The notes under the pieces are model-generated. The model made no database searches, was not told where the DNA came from, and saw nothing but the letters and a program-made list of their open reading frames with translations. This document shows, piece after piece, positions 12,748-24,289 of a DNA stretch of 64,000 nt; within the stretch, counting starts at the first letter, position 1, and the number at the start of each line of letters is the position of its first letter. The DNA lies in assembly GCA_951406725.2 (NCBI GenBank), contig OX597816.1:125116001-125180000 (forward strand). The letters run 5' to 3'. The stretch comes from Octopus vulgaris (lineage: Eukaryota). A program made the translations under genes and the position numbers.

Positions 12748-12810
12748 TGATAAAACTCCGAGTTTCGGATGTCATAGCGGAAACCCACGCCGGCATCTCT
12801 TCAGTTATCA
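12748..12810 (-). ncRNA. Type I hammerhead ribozyme motif
   Basis: UGAUAA-CUGAAGA-GAUG...CAUCC-GAAA-CU-CGG-AGUU-UUAUCA. Stem I is 6 bp perfect. Stem II GAUG/CAUC has one extra C. Stem III ACU/AGU. GUU site. Confidence 0.75.
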
Positions 12811-13249
12811 GGCCATCGAAAAAATGCTATGAAATGACCGTTCAACAAAGGGAAATTAATGTGTGGTTAACCGTTATTAAGGCAAAAGAGCTATTAGAAT
12901 GACCGCTAAGTAAATGGAGGGAGTAAAGGTAAGGGAGTAAAAATGTTCATAATATTCACGTAAGTGCGCATGTCCGTACATACACATTCGCGCTCGCACA
13001 CCCACGTACATGCGCCTATATGTATATAATCATCCACCCTCACTTGAAACACACACATATGCTCACCCACACATTCGCCAAAAAATATACCCATACCCGC
13101 ATACACGCACGCACACACACACGCGAACAAAAAGGTTCATACACACGTCTATATACGCACATGTACAAGAAAATACAGGGCTAAAGGCAAAATATAGAAA
13201 AATGTGTAAAAAGTCTAAAAAAATAAGCAACAAGAGTAAAACACGCCTA

Positions 13250-13878
13250 TATAAGCACATACTCACATGTCCTATTGGTGTTATTATCGTGGGGTTCATG
13301 TGGGTTCAAAGGCCTAGTTTTTTGCTATTATTAGGGTTCATATTGGTTGGGTGATTATAGTTTTATTGATACCGCTGTATAGGTTTATACTATAATTTTT
13401 GTGGGTGCTGTTATTTTAGGACTTATATGCGTACTTTGTGTTATTAGTTATGTTAATATTGTTAATCTTATTTAGAATTAGTTTTTCGGTATTAGTTTTG
13501 CTGTTATTTTTGTTGTTTGTCGTTTGTGTATAGGCCTTGGCATTGTTCATTTTACTGTTGTTTCCATTGGGGTTACCCGTAATTATATTGTTCTTGGTGT
13601 AGTTTGTGGTGGTGCATGGTGTGTGAGTGGCGTTAGTGGTATTAGTAAGTAGGTTCCTGTTATTTGCGCTGCTTATAGGGTGATTTGATTTTTTGTTTAT
13701 ATCCTGATTTCCGTAGTGTGAAGTTATAGGCTTCTTTATGTCTGTTAAAGATATCCATGTTGGAAAAGAGGCGTGATATTCTATTGCTAATGCTATGTAC
13801 TTGGCTCATTTTAATAAAGTTGGGGTGATTACTTGCAGCGTTATGTATTTGAGGTTCGTGTCGGGTTTCATATATATA
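13250..13878 (-). mobile_element. Penelope-like element, RT C-terminal fragment plus Asn/Thr-rich linker
   Basis: KPDTNLKYI/AASNHPNFIK...SISNRISRLFSNMDIFNRHKEAYNFTLRKSGY, the typical Penelope post-RT SNHP...ISxRIS...SGY region (~13690-13877), followed by A/C-rich low-complexity sequence. Confidence 0.75.
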
Positions 13879-13919
13879 TATATATATATATATGCTTTAA
13901 AATTTTTTAAACAAATAAA

Positions 13920-14070
13920 CACAAGCACTACATATTCGGTCATCACTCGCTTATTGCTGTTCTTATTCTAACTTCTGTTCATCATCCGGAAATCTTTCGT
14001 CACACATCTGTGACCTCATCAGGGACACTTTCCGTCTTCGTGTGTGCTCTTGTAGGAATAAACTACATTA
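13920..14070 (-). mobile_element. Penelope-type pLTR piece with hammerhead motif (13983-14027)
   Basis: UGUCC-CUGAUGA-G-GUCACA-GAUG-UGUGAC-GAAA-GAUU-UC-c-GGAUG. Stem II is 6 bp, stem I is offset by one extra C. A decayed homologue is at 31575-31710. Confidence 0.65.
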
Positions 14071-14190
14071 ATTAAATTAAATGAAGTCGCGTAATGCCCA
14101 TTATTTTTTGTACCTCCCCAACAAGTTACAAAAATGAAACTACTAACAAAAAGTAACAGCTACATCAATAAGGGCACAACAACAGTGATA

Positions 14191-14266
14191 ATAATGGTGA
14201 TACTTAATTTAAATCTATATCAGTCATTATAATGGTGATACTTAATTTAATTCTCTATCAGCCATT
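14191..14266. repeat. 38-bp tandem duplication
   Basis: ataatggtgatacttaatttaa(a/t)tct(a/c)tatcag(t/c)catt x2. Confidence 0.85.
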
Positions 14267-14725
14267 AGTAATAGCAATGATAGTCACAACAATACATTGT
14301 ATAACCATGTATTATTTTCTGTTTCTTCCTACTTTGTATGCAGTAAATATAAAGTGAAACCATATCTATTATTACTCGGAATCTTACACTTAAGTTTTAC
14401 ATAATATTTATCTCAAGATATATCGGACAAATCTGTCTCAATTTTCACACTACATTTTCTGAAGTAAATTGACGGAATTAGAGAAATAGAGAAATAGAGT
14501 GGCAGGTAGTAGTAGAAAACCTGAGAAAATATCAAGGGGCAATAATTTTGTCAAGCAACAAGCAATTGATGAGTACTGGATGGGAAAGGAACAAATAAGT
14601 TTGGAAAGGATGTTCGGGATGAAAAAATTATTCGGAAATAAGTTTCTACGGTGTTAAACTCTCTTTTTCATGTTTTTTGGTCTCTTTATAACCGCCCTTG
14701 CATCCTCTACACCCCACCTCCCTCG

Positions 14726-14839
<114 letters not shown>

Positions 14840-15494
14840 AATAGTTGAAAAGAGAGCGATGAATGTTGAAATACAAGCTTACGGAGAAGCATAGAACAGG
14901 GGAAGGAGTGTGATAGTGTTACTAGCCATAGTTTGTATATATTATCAGTTTAAAATGCAAATGCTGTTTGTGCCGCAAACATTCAAGCAAAACAATTATA
15001 GCTGTTGCTAAAGAGATGGACCGTAAACTGGTTTAAGCTTCTGGTTAGCATTGTGCCAGTAATTTTTTTAAAAACTTTTTTACAGAGCCACTAGAATTGT
15101 TGAAGCGTTAAATACGTGCTTAGTGAAAGTGATTGGAGTAAAAATTCTAACGTTTTATATTCTCTTTTTTTTGGGGCACAAATGGAATCTTCGATGTTAA
15201 AAACATTGAATTAAAAAGAGTTGCAATAAAAAATAGAACATAAAAGTTCGAGTGTGGTTCATGATGTATATATAATGAAACGTTTATGTATCCATTTCGG
15301 TAAATTTAGAGGTCGAAATTGTTCATAAAACCCTCGTTATTTCTTGTTCCAATTTTAAATACAAAGCTTTCGCTCATTTCTTTTATCAGTAAAAGTCAAA
15401 TAAAGCAATGCTTTTGAAATCAGAAACGTTATGTAAATGCGCATATTGGAATATTTAAGCCCAGTTATACATCATTGAATATTCATCTGCTGAA

Positions 15495-16296
15495 ATAATC
15501 TTTTCTACTCTAGGCACAAGGACCAACATCTTTGGGGAGGGGACCAGTCGATTAGATGTACCCCAGTACGCAACTGGTACTTAATTTATCGACCCAGAGA
15601 GGATGAAAGGCCAAGTCGACCTCGGCGGAATCTGGACTGAGAACGTAAAGACAGACGAAATACCTATTTCTTTATTACCCACAAGGGGTTAAACACAGAG
15701 GGAACAAACAAGGACAGACATAGGTATTAAGTCGATTACATCGACCCCAGTTCGTAACTGGTACTTAATTTATGGACCCCGAAAGGATGAAAGGCAAAGT
15801 CGACCTCAGCGGAAATTGAACTCACAACGTAACGCAGGCGAAATACCGCTAAGCATTTCGCCCGGCGTGCTAACCTTTTTTATTTCTTTACTGCCCACAA
15901 GGGGCTACACAGAGAGGGGACAAGCTAGGACAGACTAATGGATTAACTCAATTATATCGACCCCAATACGTAACTGGTACTTACTTAATCGACCCCGAAA
16001 GGATGAAAGGCAAAATCAACCTGGGTGGAATTTGAACTCAGAACGTAAAGACAGATGAAATACCTATTTCTTTACTGCCCACAATGGGCTAAACACAGAG
16101 GGGACAAACAAGGACAGACAAACGGATTAAGTCGATTATATTGACCCCAGTGCGTAACTGGTACTTAATTTATCGACACCGAAAGGATGAAAGGCAAAGC
16201 TGACCTCGGCGGAATTTGAACTCAGAACGTAACAGCAGACGAAATACGACTACGCATTTCGCCCAGCGTGCAAACGTTTCTGCCAGCTCGCCACCT
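15495..16296 (-). mobile_element. Tandem/nested cluster of four Nin-domain-type SINE units
   Basis: The core aactggtacttaatttatcgaccccgaaaggatgaaaggcaaagtcgacctcggcggaatttgaactcagaacgtaa occurs four times (~15545, 15730, 15950, 16130). Only the rightmost unit has a complete tRNA-like head (ggcgagctggcagaaacgtt). Confidence 0.85.
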
Positions 16297-16944
16297 TTAT
16301 CTGTTGAAATTATGCACACGTTCACATAAACAGTATATTTCAAGAGTTTCTTTTTCACATACTTTAAATTGGACTTTTTTCCGGAAGGAAGTGGATTTTT
16401 ATCCAGAAGTACTGCGGTCGCTTCAAAATACCCTTATAATGATTAATTTATTTATAAGTTTTTAAGTAAAACTGTAATAACAGTACCCTGAAGGACATGC
16501 ACTGTAAAAACGTGTACCGAAATTTCAGATTTTCAAGGCACATGCAATATTAATTTCTAAGTTCTAAAAACATTCTTTTCTAACAATGGCACTTAGTATA
16601 TATTCATCCATTTCCATAGATATATTGATATAAGTATATCGCAGTTGAGCGAATCTAAATAATAATGCATTTAAAACAAAGTCCCTTGCAATGATCTTCT
16701 GGAGCGGCTTCTAAGAATCGTTTGAGTAAATTTTATTCTGGAGGAGGTGTCATATGGATCTCAACAACAGAAACTCTGCTTTCATTTAGTTCAGTTAATC
16801 TACTTCAAAATCATATCCTGAATGATTATGGCGATGATTTTGCACTTCAAAATTATTGCCAATAGGAAAATATATTTCCAGTAAATTAGTAGACTGAAGA
16901 TTATTTAGACGTACACTTACATCTGTCATTGATACACTGAATGG

Positions 16945-16983
<39 letters not shown>

Positions 16984-17867
16984 CGACCGATACCGATTGG
17001 CCTTCAATTATTCCCTTTAACTAATTCACAAGTGTTTATTTCTACTTCATTGTTGGCAATCAACAAAGTGATATAAGAATCAACAGTACTCTGTTGTTGT
17101 ACTTGGACCTAAAGGTACAGAAAACGCTTCACCAAAATCACATATGCGTCATAACATAAACAAAGATATAGTTATGAATTTACCATTACAATAGTCGAAA
17201 AAGTGTACAAAACATGGAAAGATGTTTGGAAAAATGTATTTGCCGTTGAAAGGGAAAATGCGAACTTCATAATGTATATATTTCGCTTCAATATAGTTTC
17301 TGTTTTGGAATTGACAATATACTTAACATTTTCAGCTATGACAGATCAATTCGAAAGCGACATCAGAGATCGACTGATCAATTAACTATAATGTATATCG
17401 TTATACATTAGATGGTCAATTCATGTAAATTTTGTATTTCCATGAAGCTACCAATCACTCCGTGTATATATATGCCAAGAATTGAGACAATGATTTGTCT
17501 AGCTGCAAAGAAAACAAGGCAAAATGAAAAGAAAGAGCAATAACTCTAGAACAATTCACTTTCCATTGTGTTTCACAAACGAACCTAGTTACGTATATGA
17601 AAAATCTCAGAGACAATGTTTAACGCCAAATAATTTGGCCTGTTGCATCTTCACATTTTCCTGTAACACGAACTTGGCAGATAATTTCGTTTAACTATTC
17701 CGACATCGATTAACAAAAATGATCAACATAAGCTCATTGGTTAAGTGTTCAATGAAAACCAAACAACAAAAATCCTGGATCCTAAACGATTGCTCAGTTT
17801 ATACTCAATCACCGGTGCTTGAAATTTGACCGTTCATATTTGGCTAAATTCATATACCTTTACAAAA

Positions 17868-18285
17868 ATGGGGATACTTTACATGGGGATAATTTATATG
17901 GGGATACTTTACATGGGGATAATTTACATGGGGATACTTTACAAGGGGATACTTTAAATGGGGATAATTTTTACATGATAGAAATTATAACATATAATGA
18001 TGGGACACGTGTTATCTTGTCTCTGAATTATAAGTTAGTTGTTGAAGCCGGTTACTGACGAGAATTTGCCTGGTGGATAAAATTGTTTTGCTAAATTACC
18101 TATTGGATGGCAAATAATATTATTTGCTAAAGAAATTCGAAACCATGGTAATACCGTTAAATAACAAGGTAAAAGTTTTTATTTTTCATTTACATCGAAA
18201 TTTGCTAATAAATTGTGGTTTTGGCCGTGTTGGCTGCTATTTCTAGCATGTAAAAATTACCTGTTAAAGGGTAATTTTCTATTTT
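17868..18285. repeat. MITE-like element whose left end is a 7 x 15-bp tandem array (atggggatactttac variants, 17868-17975)
   Basis: The last unit plus flank (gataatttttacatgatagaaat) pairs with atttctagcatgtaaaaattacc at 18239-18261. Confidence 0.55.
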
Positions 18286-18566
18286 AAAATATGTATATAT
18301 ATATATACATACATATACACACACACACACACACACATATATATATGTATATACATATATATACATACACACGCACACGTATATATATATATATATATAT
18401 ATACCAATTAAGGACTGCACACGAAAAGTGTATATATATGGGAGAGAGAGAGAGAGAGAGAGAGTTTAAGAAAAAAACAAAAGACGAAGACAGGTGGTGT
18501 ACAAAACAAACAGATGTATTAGTATAACGCTCAGGAATAGAAAAAATATTTTACGTTTCGAGCCTA

Positions 18567-19616
18567 CGTTGATAAAATAATGGAAACACCTTAACATTTC
18601 AAACAAAATTATTTTAGTATGGTGTAGGACCGCGTTTGGCAGTAATTGCTGCTTGAATTCTATGAGGTAGGAACTCATACAAAGACTGATTGTTTCCAAA
18701 GGAATTTTTGTCCATTCTTCAATTAAAAGTAACAACTTTAGCTGTGTGAATTGGTGCATTATCATCCTGAAAGATTGAGTTTCCCTCCGGAAACAGTTTC
18801 GCAATCATAGAATGAATTTGATCAGATAAAATGCTTAAATAGTTTCGACTATTAATTCTGCCATAAAGGCAAATCCTTGGGCTGGCAGATTTCCACCATA
18901 TAGCCCGCCAGATCATCACAGCTATTCCTCCATGTTTAACAGTTGGAAGAATGCAGTTTGGATCAAATGCTTCTTTTCGGTTTCTCCACACGTATACTCG
19001 GCAGGTGGTCAGAAATGATGACTCGTCCAAGAAAGATCTTGTAGGTTTTACTCCACTCTAAAGGCTTTGCAACATTTGCTTTTGAAAATAGTGGTTTTCT
19101 GATTGCAGCCCTCTCGTGAAATCCGGCTTTGTGAAGCTCCTGGCGAATGGAATTTGTAGAAACTTGGTTCTTGAGGTGGGTATTAAGTTTTGCATTAATT
19201 TTAGGAGGTGCACCTTCGTGATCCTTTTTAAGAGCTCGCGTAAGAGTCCGACGGTCCCTATCTGAAAGTTTGGGTTTTCTTCCGGAGTTTAGTTTCGACG
19301 AGGAGGTTTTCCCCTCTATCTCAAATGCTATCATTATTTTCGAGACAGTACTTCTTGATACACCAAACACTTCGGCTGTTTTCGTTACGCTAGCGCCTGC
19401 CATACTAGCACCAACAATTTGACCTCTTTGAGAGTCGGATATATCTCTCATTCTAATGTTATCTGAAAAGAAACAGCAATTTTCGCAAAATATATTAAGC
19501 AACACTAAAAATAAATCAAAAGAGATAAAAATAAACAAGCTTTAGACGGTTTTATAGATATTTTAAAATTATGATGCTATGATGCTAGGCGTGTCCATTT
19601 TTCTGCCCAACCCCTG
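18567..19616 (-). mobile_element. Tc1/mariner DNA transposon, defective transposase
   Basis: HTH region MRDISDSQRGQIVG...GVSRSTVSKI...SGRKPKLS, then DESSF, TVKHGG, FQDDNAPIHTAKVV, and C-terminus EEWTKIP...RIQAAITAKRGPTPY. The SPDLNPIE segment is deleted. TIRs caggggttgggcagaaaaatggacacgcct and c----gttgataaaataatggaaacacct, with flanking TA. Confidence 0.9.
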
Positions 19617-19716
19617 TATATTTTTATGCATATGTATATTTATATACATGTATATTTATATGCATGTATATATATATATATACATACATTTATATATACA
19701 AGTTTATGTTTGTATA

Positions 19717-19787
<71 letters not shown>

Positions 19788-19841
19788 CCACAGTCCGCTG
19801 ACAGAAACAAGTAAAATAGTAAAATATCTATGTAATTCCAG

Positions 19842-19869
19842 CCTTGAGCAACGCCAGGTATCTCTGGTA

Positions 19870-19871
<2 letters not shown>
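19842..19871 (+). mobile_element. Possible Helitron 3' terminus remnant
   Basis: ccttgagcaacgccaggtatctctggtagt resembles the ccgggcaacgccggg hairpin + CTAG|T end, here degenerate (GTAG). Confidence 0.4.
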
Positions 19872-19918
<47 letters not shown>

Positions 19919-20008
19919 ATATTGATATCATTTGTAGAAAACGAATCCGAAAGAAAAGCACTTTAAGATGTTGAGCAGTAAACATTAAAAATGGGGAAAG
20001 GTGGTTTA

Positions 20009-20071
20009 TGGGATTACCTTAGCTTTCCCATCCATAAAGGCTTTCGCTTTATGGCGTATCGTCAGATCCCA
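20009..20071 (-). ncRNA. Degenerate type I hammerhead motif
   Basis: UGGGAU-CUGACGA-uacg-CCAUAAAG-cgaaagc-CUUUAUGG-augg-GAAA-gcuaagg-UA-AUCCCA. Stem I is 6 bp perfect. The base of stem II and stem III are mismatched. Cassette lies between (TA)n tracts. Confidence 0.6.
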
Positions 20072-20181
20072 AAAACCTGTTGGCCTATGACCTCTTGAAA
20101 ATATGGTGGTGTTACTATATATATATATATATTATATACCGCACACATATTTTAACCATTCTAAAGTATATATATATATAT

Positions 20182-20402
20182 AATACAGTGTACATTAAAA
20201 CATATTAAGAGGCTTCCATCATAGGAATCCTTTACGCTAGAAAGAACAGTTAAAGTCCAAACCACTAATTAGGCATAAATTCTCGAAGGGAATGAAAAAT
20301 AAAATTTATCCCTAATTAGTGGTTTGAACTTTAACTGTTCTTTCTAGCGTAAATGATTCCTATGATGGAAGCCTCTTAATGTGTTTTAATGTACACTGTA
20401 TT
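20182..20402. repeat. Near-perfect inverted repeat, ~91-bp arms, ~37-nt spacer
   Basis: aatacagtgtacattaaaacatattaagaggcttccatcataggaatc...accactaattagg vs cctaattagtggt...gattcctatgatggaagcctcttaatgtgttttaatgtacactgtatt, with about three mismatches by eye. Confidence 0.9.
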
Positions 20403-20502
20403 TTATAGGAATAACATATAGTCTATTGACTAATTTTTTTACGCTAGGTTACTGGTAGTAGAAATTTCTAAAATTTTATTACCCTATTATTAATTATATA
20501 TG

Positions 20503-20552
<50 letters not shown>

Positions 20553-20979
20553 CGCTTGGAGTACAGGAAAATAGATTTGATCCCAAAGCAAAACTAAACA
20601 CCGACAAATAGTGGGAGCAGAGTTGCTTATAAATCTACACAGCGTGAACTTTTTCATACAGCATAGTATATTTTAACAGTCACACACACACACACACATC
20701 ATGCGTACATATACATATGCGTATGTTGATATTTGTATGTATGTATGTTTGCACGTGTGGGCTGCTTAAGATTCTTTATTAAACAGAACTAAAACCTTCA
20801 CTGAAAGGGATATGTTATTGTTTCTGGCTTATATATTTATACTTATATGATTTTGCAAATTAAATTTTGTTCTCAACATTTTATAAAAGACTTGAACTCA
20901 TCATGTTACGAAAAGGTTTCCTTCATGGAAATTGCATAAAAAATTGCATTCCCAATATTGAAATTCCTCCATTGTCCTC

Positions 20980-21060
20980 TCACGTCAATCTACGATTCTT
21001 ATCTGCTGCTATATGTTCGTCCATGGCTGCGACGTTCAATTCACAAATGGATCGGTCTAC
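20980..21060 (-). CDS. Candidate terminal coding exon of an unidentified gene (VDRSICELNVAAMDEHIAADKNRRLT*)
   Basis: Acceptor-like ttttttcaactAG at 21061-62, 81-nt open frame ending in TGA, locally higher GC, no TE motif recognised. Confidence 0.3.
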   Translation of the reverse strand, partial: VDRSICELNVAAMDEHIAADKNRRLT

Positions 21061-21669
21061 CTAGTTGAAAAAATCAATTCCACTTCGGTTTGTTATATGA
21101 AATAAGAGTGATAAGAGCATAATTTCATTAGATTATAGTGTTTGGTTCAAACGATTCTATAATAATTGCTTCCAAGATGTTTGTTAAAGATACATAGAGA
21201 TTTCAAATAATGCCGTTAGCAGTTAACCAGTTCCATACACATACAAGCACACATTCTTTTCTTTGTCACTCTCTCTCAGTAAATACATAATCCATCAGAT
21301 AGTAGTTTAATATATGTACTAATAGATATTGTGGATGCCAGTAAAAATGTAAGCCTCTTTTTCATTTCTTAAATTTTAAACTTTGTCAAAACATGTAATA
21401 TGTTTCAAGTGTAATCTCTCATACTGAGAAGGCCTTCTTTCATTCATGGTCCTGGACTATATTAAGATATATATTCTCTGAATGGAGAACATTAGGGAAA
21501 TTCGTATAAATGGGTAATTCGAAATACATATTAATGGTTTTGTAAAGAGCCAGAAAATAATCAAATTTAATAATTGTTTAACGCACATAAACATCCGGGA
21601 CATCTTTTCTACGAAGAAATCTTGATTTTTTAGAAATATACTATGAAATTAAATCACAGTTAAGAATAC

Positions 21670-21801
21670 ATCTTGTGTATAGTTTATTGCGTCCACTGCA
21701 GCACTCTTCTTGTAATGGCCGGATTTATTGGGAGTCGAAGGAGGTAACTGCCCCAGACATTCGTTGAAATATGGCACAGGGTGGCCCAAACTCTCAGCAA
21801 T
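21670..21801 (-). CDS. Candidate internal coding exon (IAESLGHPVPYFNECLGQLPPSTPNKSGHYKKSAAVDAINYTQD)
   Basis: GC-richer island of 132 nt bounded by AG and a weak GTATTC donor. Phase 0, compatible with 20980-21060. Confidence 0.28.
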
Positions 21802-22108
21802 CTATTGTGTATAGGATCTGTTTCAATAAACAAACATATCTTAAAAACTCTGATGGATCCTCTATTTTGATACATAAGCACAGTTTTAACTACATCAGTT
21901 CATTCAATTATAAATACTTTGCTATCCACTCCCAAATTACTTCCCTTAGGAATTAATTGTAGCTGATTTAGTAACATTGACAGACAAAAGGAAAACAAAA
22001 CACTCCAAAAAATGTTTATATATATCTGTGAGTGTTTGGGGATGTTTGTGTCTGTTGGCACGCGCGTACGTATGTGTGTGTGTGTATGTGTGTGTGTGTG
22101 TGTGTGTA

Positions 22109-22139
<31 letters not shown>

Positions 22140-22862
22140 AAGAGAGAGTATGAATGTATATAAAGATAGATAAAGAGATTGATAGAAAGGAATTTTGTAT
22201 TGTTTCTTGTTCAAATTCCTTCTTTCAACACATGACTGAGCAATGACCTTAGATGGATCACTGGCAATTAAAGACGCACGCACTCATGCACATGCAAGTA
22301 CACACAAATACAAAAATTCGCACACATATATATTGCGAATGTAAGCTTCATTGTTTCAGTGAGGCACTGAAAACTGGTCTTATTTTACGAATGAGCGAGT
22401 AATATGTTCCAAAATTTAAATTTTGAAATTAGTTTTAATTATAAAATTAATTCTCTCAGCATTTCAAATCATTTTTTCAACTTTAGAATTACCACTTTTA
22501 TGCTCACATGCTTTTCAGTAAATCGAATCTTCTTACTTTCTTATTTTACTATTTTTTTGCCGTTTTGTCAAATACTTCAAATAACTACAGGTATGTGGGG
22601 CAAAACTGGTAACTGGGACAAAATGAGTAATTACGAAGTTTTCATTATTTTTTCACAACCCGTTTTAAACCATTACATTCCAAGTATTGCATCACCATTT
22701 TGTACTGTTGCATCATCTTTGGGAATAAACATTGGCCACCATTGTTGTTGCAGTTAAGGCAGTTTGAAACAGTCAAGTAAGTACTTTATTTTCTACTTCA
22801 TTTTCAAGAATTTTTTCCTCAAACTTTACCCAGTTGTAATTGAGATTGCTAATAAAATATAT

Positions 22863-23128
22863 GTGGAGGGACATGGCTTAGTGGTTAGGGAGTCAGCACT
22901 ATGATCCTAAGATTGTGGTTTCGATTCCTGGACCGGGTGACGTGTTGTGTTCTTGAGCAAAACACTTCATTTTACGTTGCTCCAGTCCACTCAACTTGCA
23001 AAAATGAGTAACGCTGCGATGGACTGGCGTCCCGTCCAGCTCAGGAACACATACGCCGTAGAAACCGGGAAACCAGGCCCATGAGCCTGGCTAGGATTTA
23101 AAAGGGCGCATTTATTTTTTTTATTTTG
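22863..23128 (+). mobile_element. tRNA-derived SINE (Meta/V-domain-like) with 11-bp TSD
   Basis: A-box tggcttagtgg, B-box gtttcgattcc, body tgtgttcttgagcaaaacactt and gcgatggactggcgtcccgtccag. TSD ataaaatatat at 22852-22862 and 23129-23139. Confidence 0.8.
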
Positions 23129-23345
23129 ATAAAATATATAGATATTTTTTGATGTTTACGAATGCAAATTCTTTCTCTGTTGGAATCGAAGTCAATTGTT
23201 TCCCACATTAATGTTTAATTTGATAATTTTTAATTTTCAATAACTGATGTCTAAGCTGGAGCAAAATGTGTAATGACTAATTTCAATAATCTCTTCTCTT
23301 TAACTGCATCGTGCATAAATGTATCAGGAAGAGAGCCAACCTGCT

Positions 23346-23784
23346 TTAAGTACCCCATATAACCCCTCATAGCTTTTTTAATTTTTTGGAATTTTCAGAA
23401 AAGTTTTGCGAATTTGTAATATACACACGGGAATTCATACGACTACGAAAATGCCAAAAACATTTTTGTGTGTAATGTAAGGGCTATTTAACTGTTATTT
23501 TTAGTGCATCTCAGAACCATAGGATACCTTCCTTGATTTTTCTTTTGTCACTCTAACGTATTGATGCATTTCAATATCTTTCTTCCCATAAACACATTTA
23601 GTGGTCTTTTGTTGTGAGTTAAGTCAAAACTTCGGACTGCCTGTGATTTAACGAATTCGAAAAATTTTGAAAAGATCTTTTTTATTAGTTGTATGAGTTC
23701 TCGTGTGTGGAACACAAATTCATAAAAATGTTTTGAAAATTTCAAAAAATTAAAAAGTTATGGCGGGTTATATTGGTTGCTCAA
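23346..23784. mobile_element. MITE-like element with ~100-bp imperfect TIRs
   Basis: catataacccctcatagcttttttaattttttggaattttcag...cacacgggaattcatacgacta vs tagttgtatgagttctcgtgtgtg...tgaaaatttcaaaaaattaaaaagttatggcgggttatat. Confidence 0.7.
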
Positions 23785-24289
23785 ACTAGAATTCTGCTGA
23801 GGGCCACTCCAATAGAGAATATTTCATGTTGAGTTTTTTTGATTAAGTCAAATTTCGTTAATTTCATATCGTGCTATTTTTCGATGTTTCCTTTTCATTT
23901 GTCTTAGATTTTAAAATTTTGTCTGAATATCTGATCTTTCTGGTGTCTAAGAATGGATATTGATGTTTAATGAGTTTTTCAGAAGTAATTCTGGAGAACT
24001 GAAAAAGCAAATTTACTTTATCTTGTCTTACTCATTTTGCCTCATCTAAATTTGTCCTTAATATGCTCAAAGAAAACGGAGTTACTTTACTGAGATCGTG
24101 TTCTAAATATGTTATAGTATTTTTAATGCATTTAGAGATGGTAATTTGCTTAGCTGATGAATTTCCTTTTAGATAGTAAACATTTATATATTTTTCTCTA
24201 AGTCAAAAATGCAGTATATATTACTCATTGTGCCCCGCCATCCCTTACTGGAAACTGGAAATGCAGACTTTCGGAATATTATTTATTAT

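Larger units (their letters stand above)
22588..24245. mobile_element. Non-autonomous TIR DNA transposon (TA-flanked) hosting two nested insertions
   Basis: Left end ta|caggtatgtggggcaaaactggtaac; right end revcomp ta|agggatggcggggcacaatgagtaat. Related g(g/a)gcaaaatg(a/t)gtaa motifs occur internally at ~22615, ~23258 and ~24030. Confidence 0.55.

Noticed and set aside
15495-16296. CRISPR-like repeat-spacer appearance
   Set aside because: Units are ~190-250-bp SINE copies with homologous rather than unique spacers. There are no cas genes and the context is eukaryotic.
17819-18058. 79-aa ORF with GDTLH/GDNLH pentapeptide repeats
   Set aside because: By-product of a 15-bp tandem repeat at a probable transposon end, with a TTG start.
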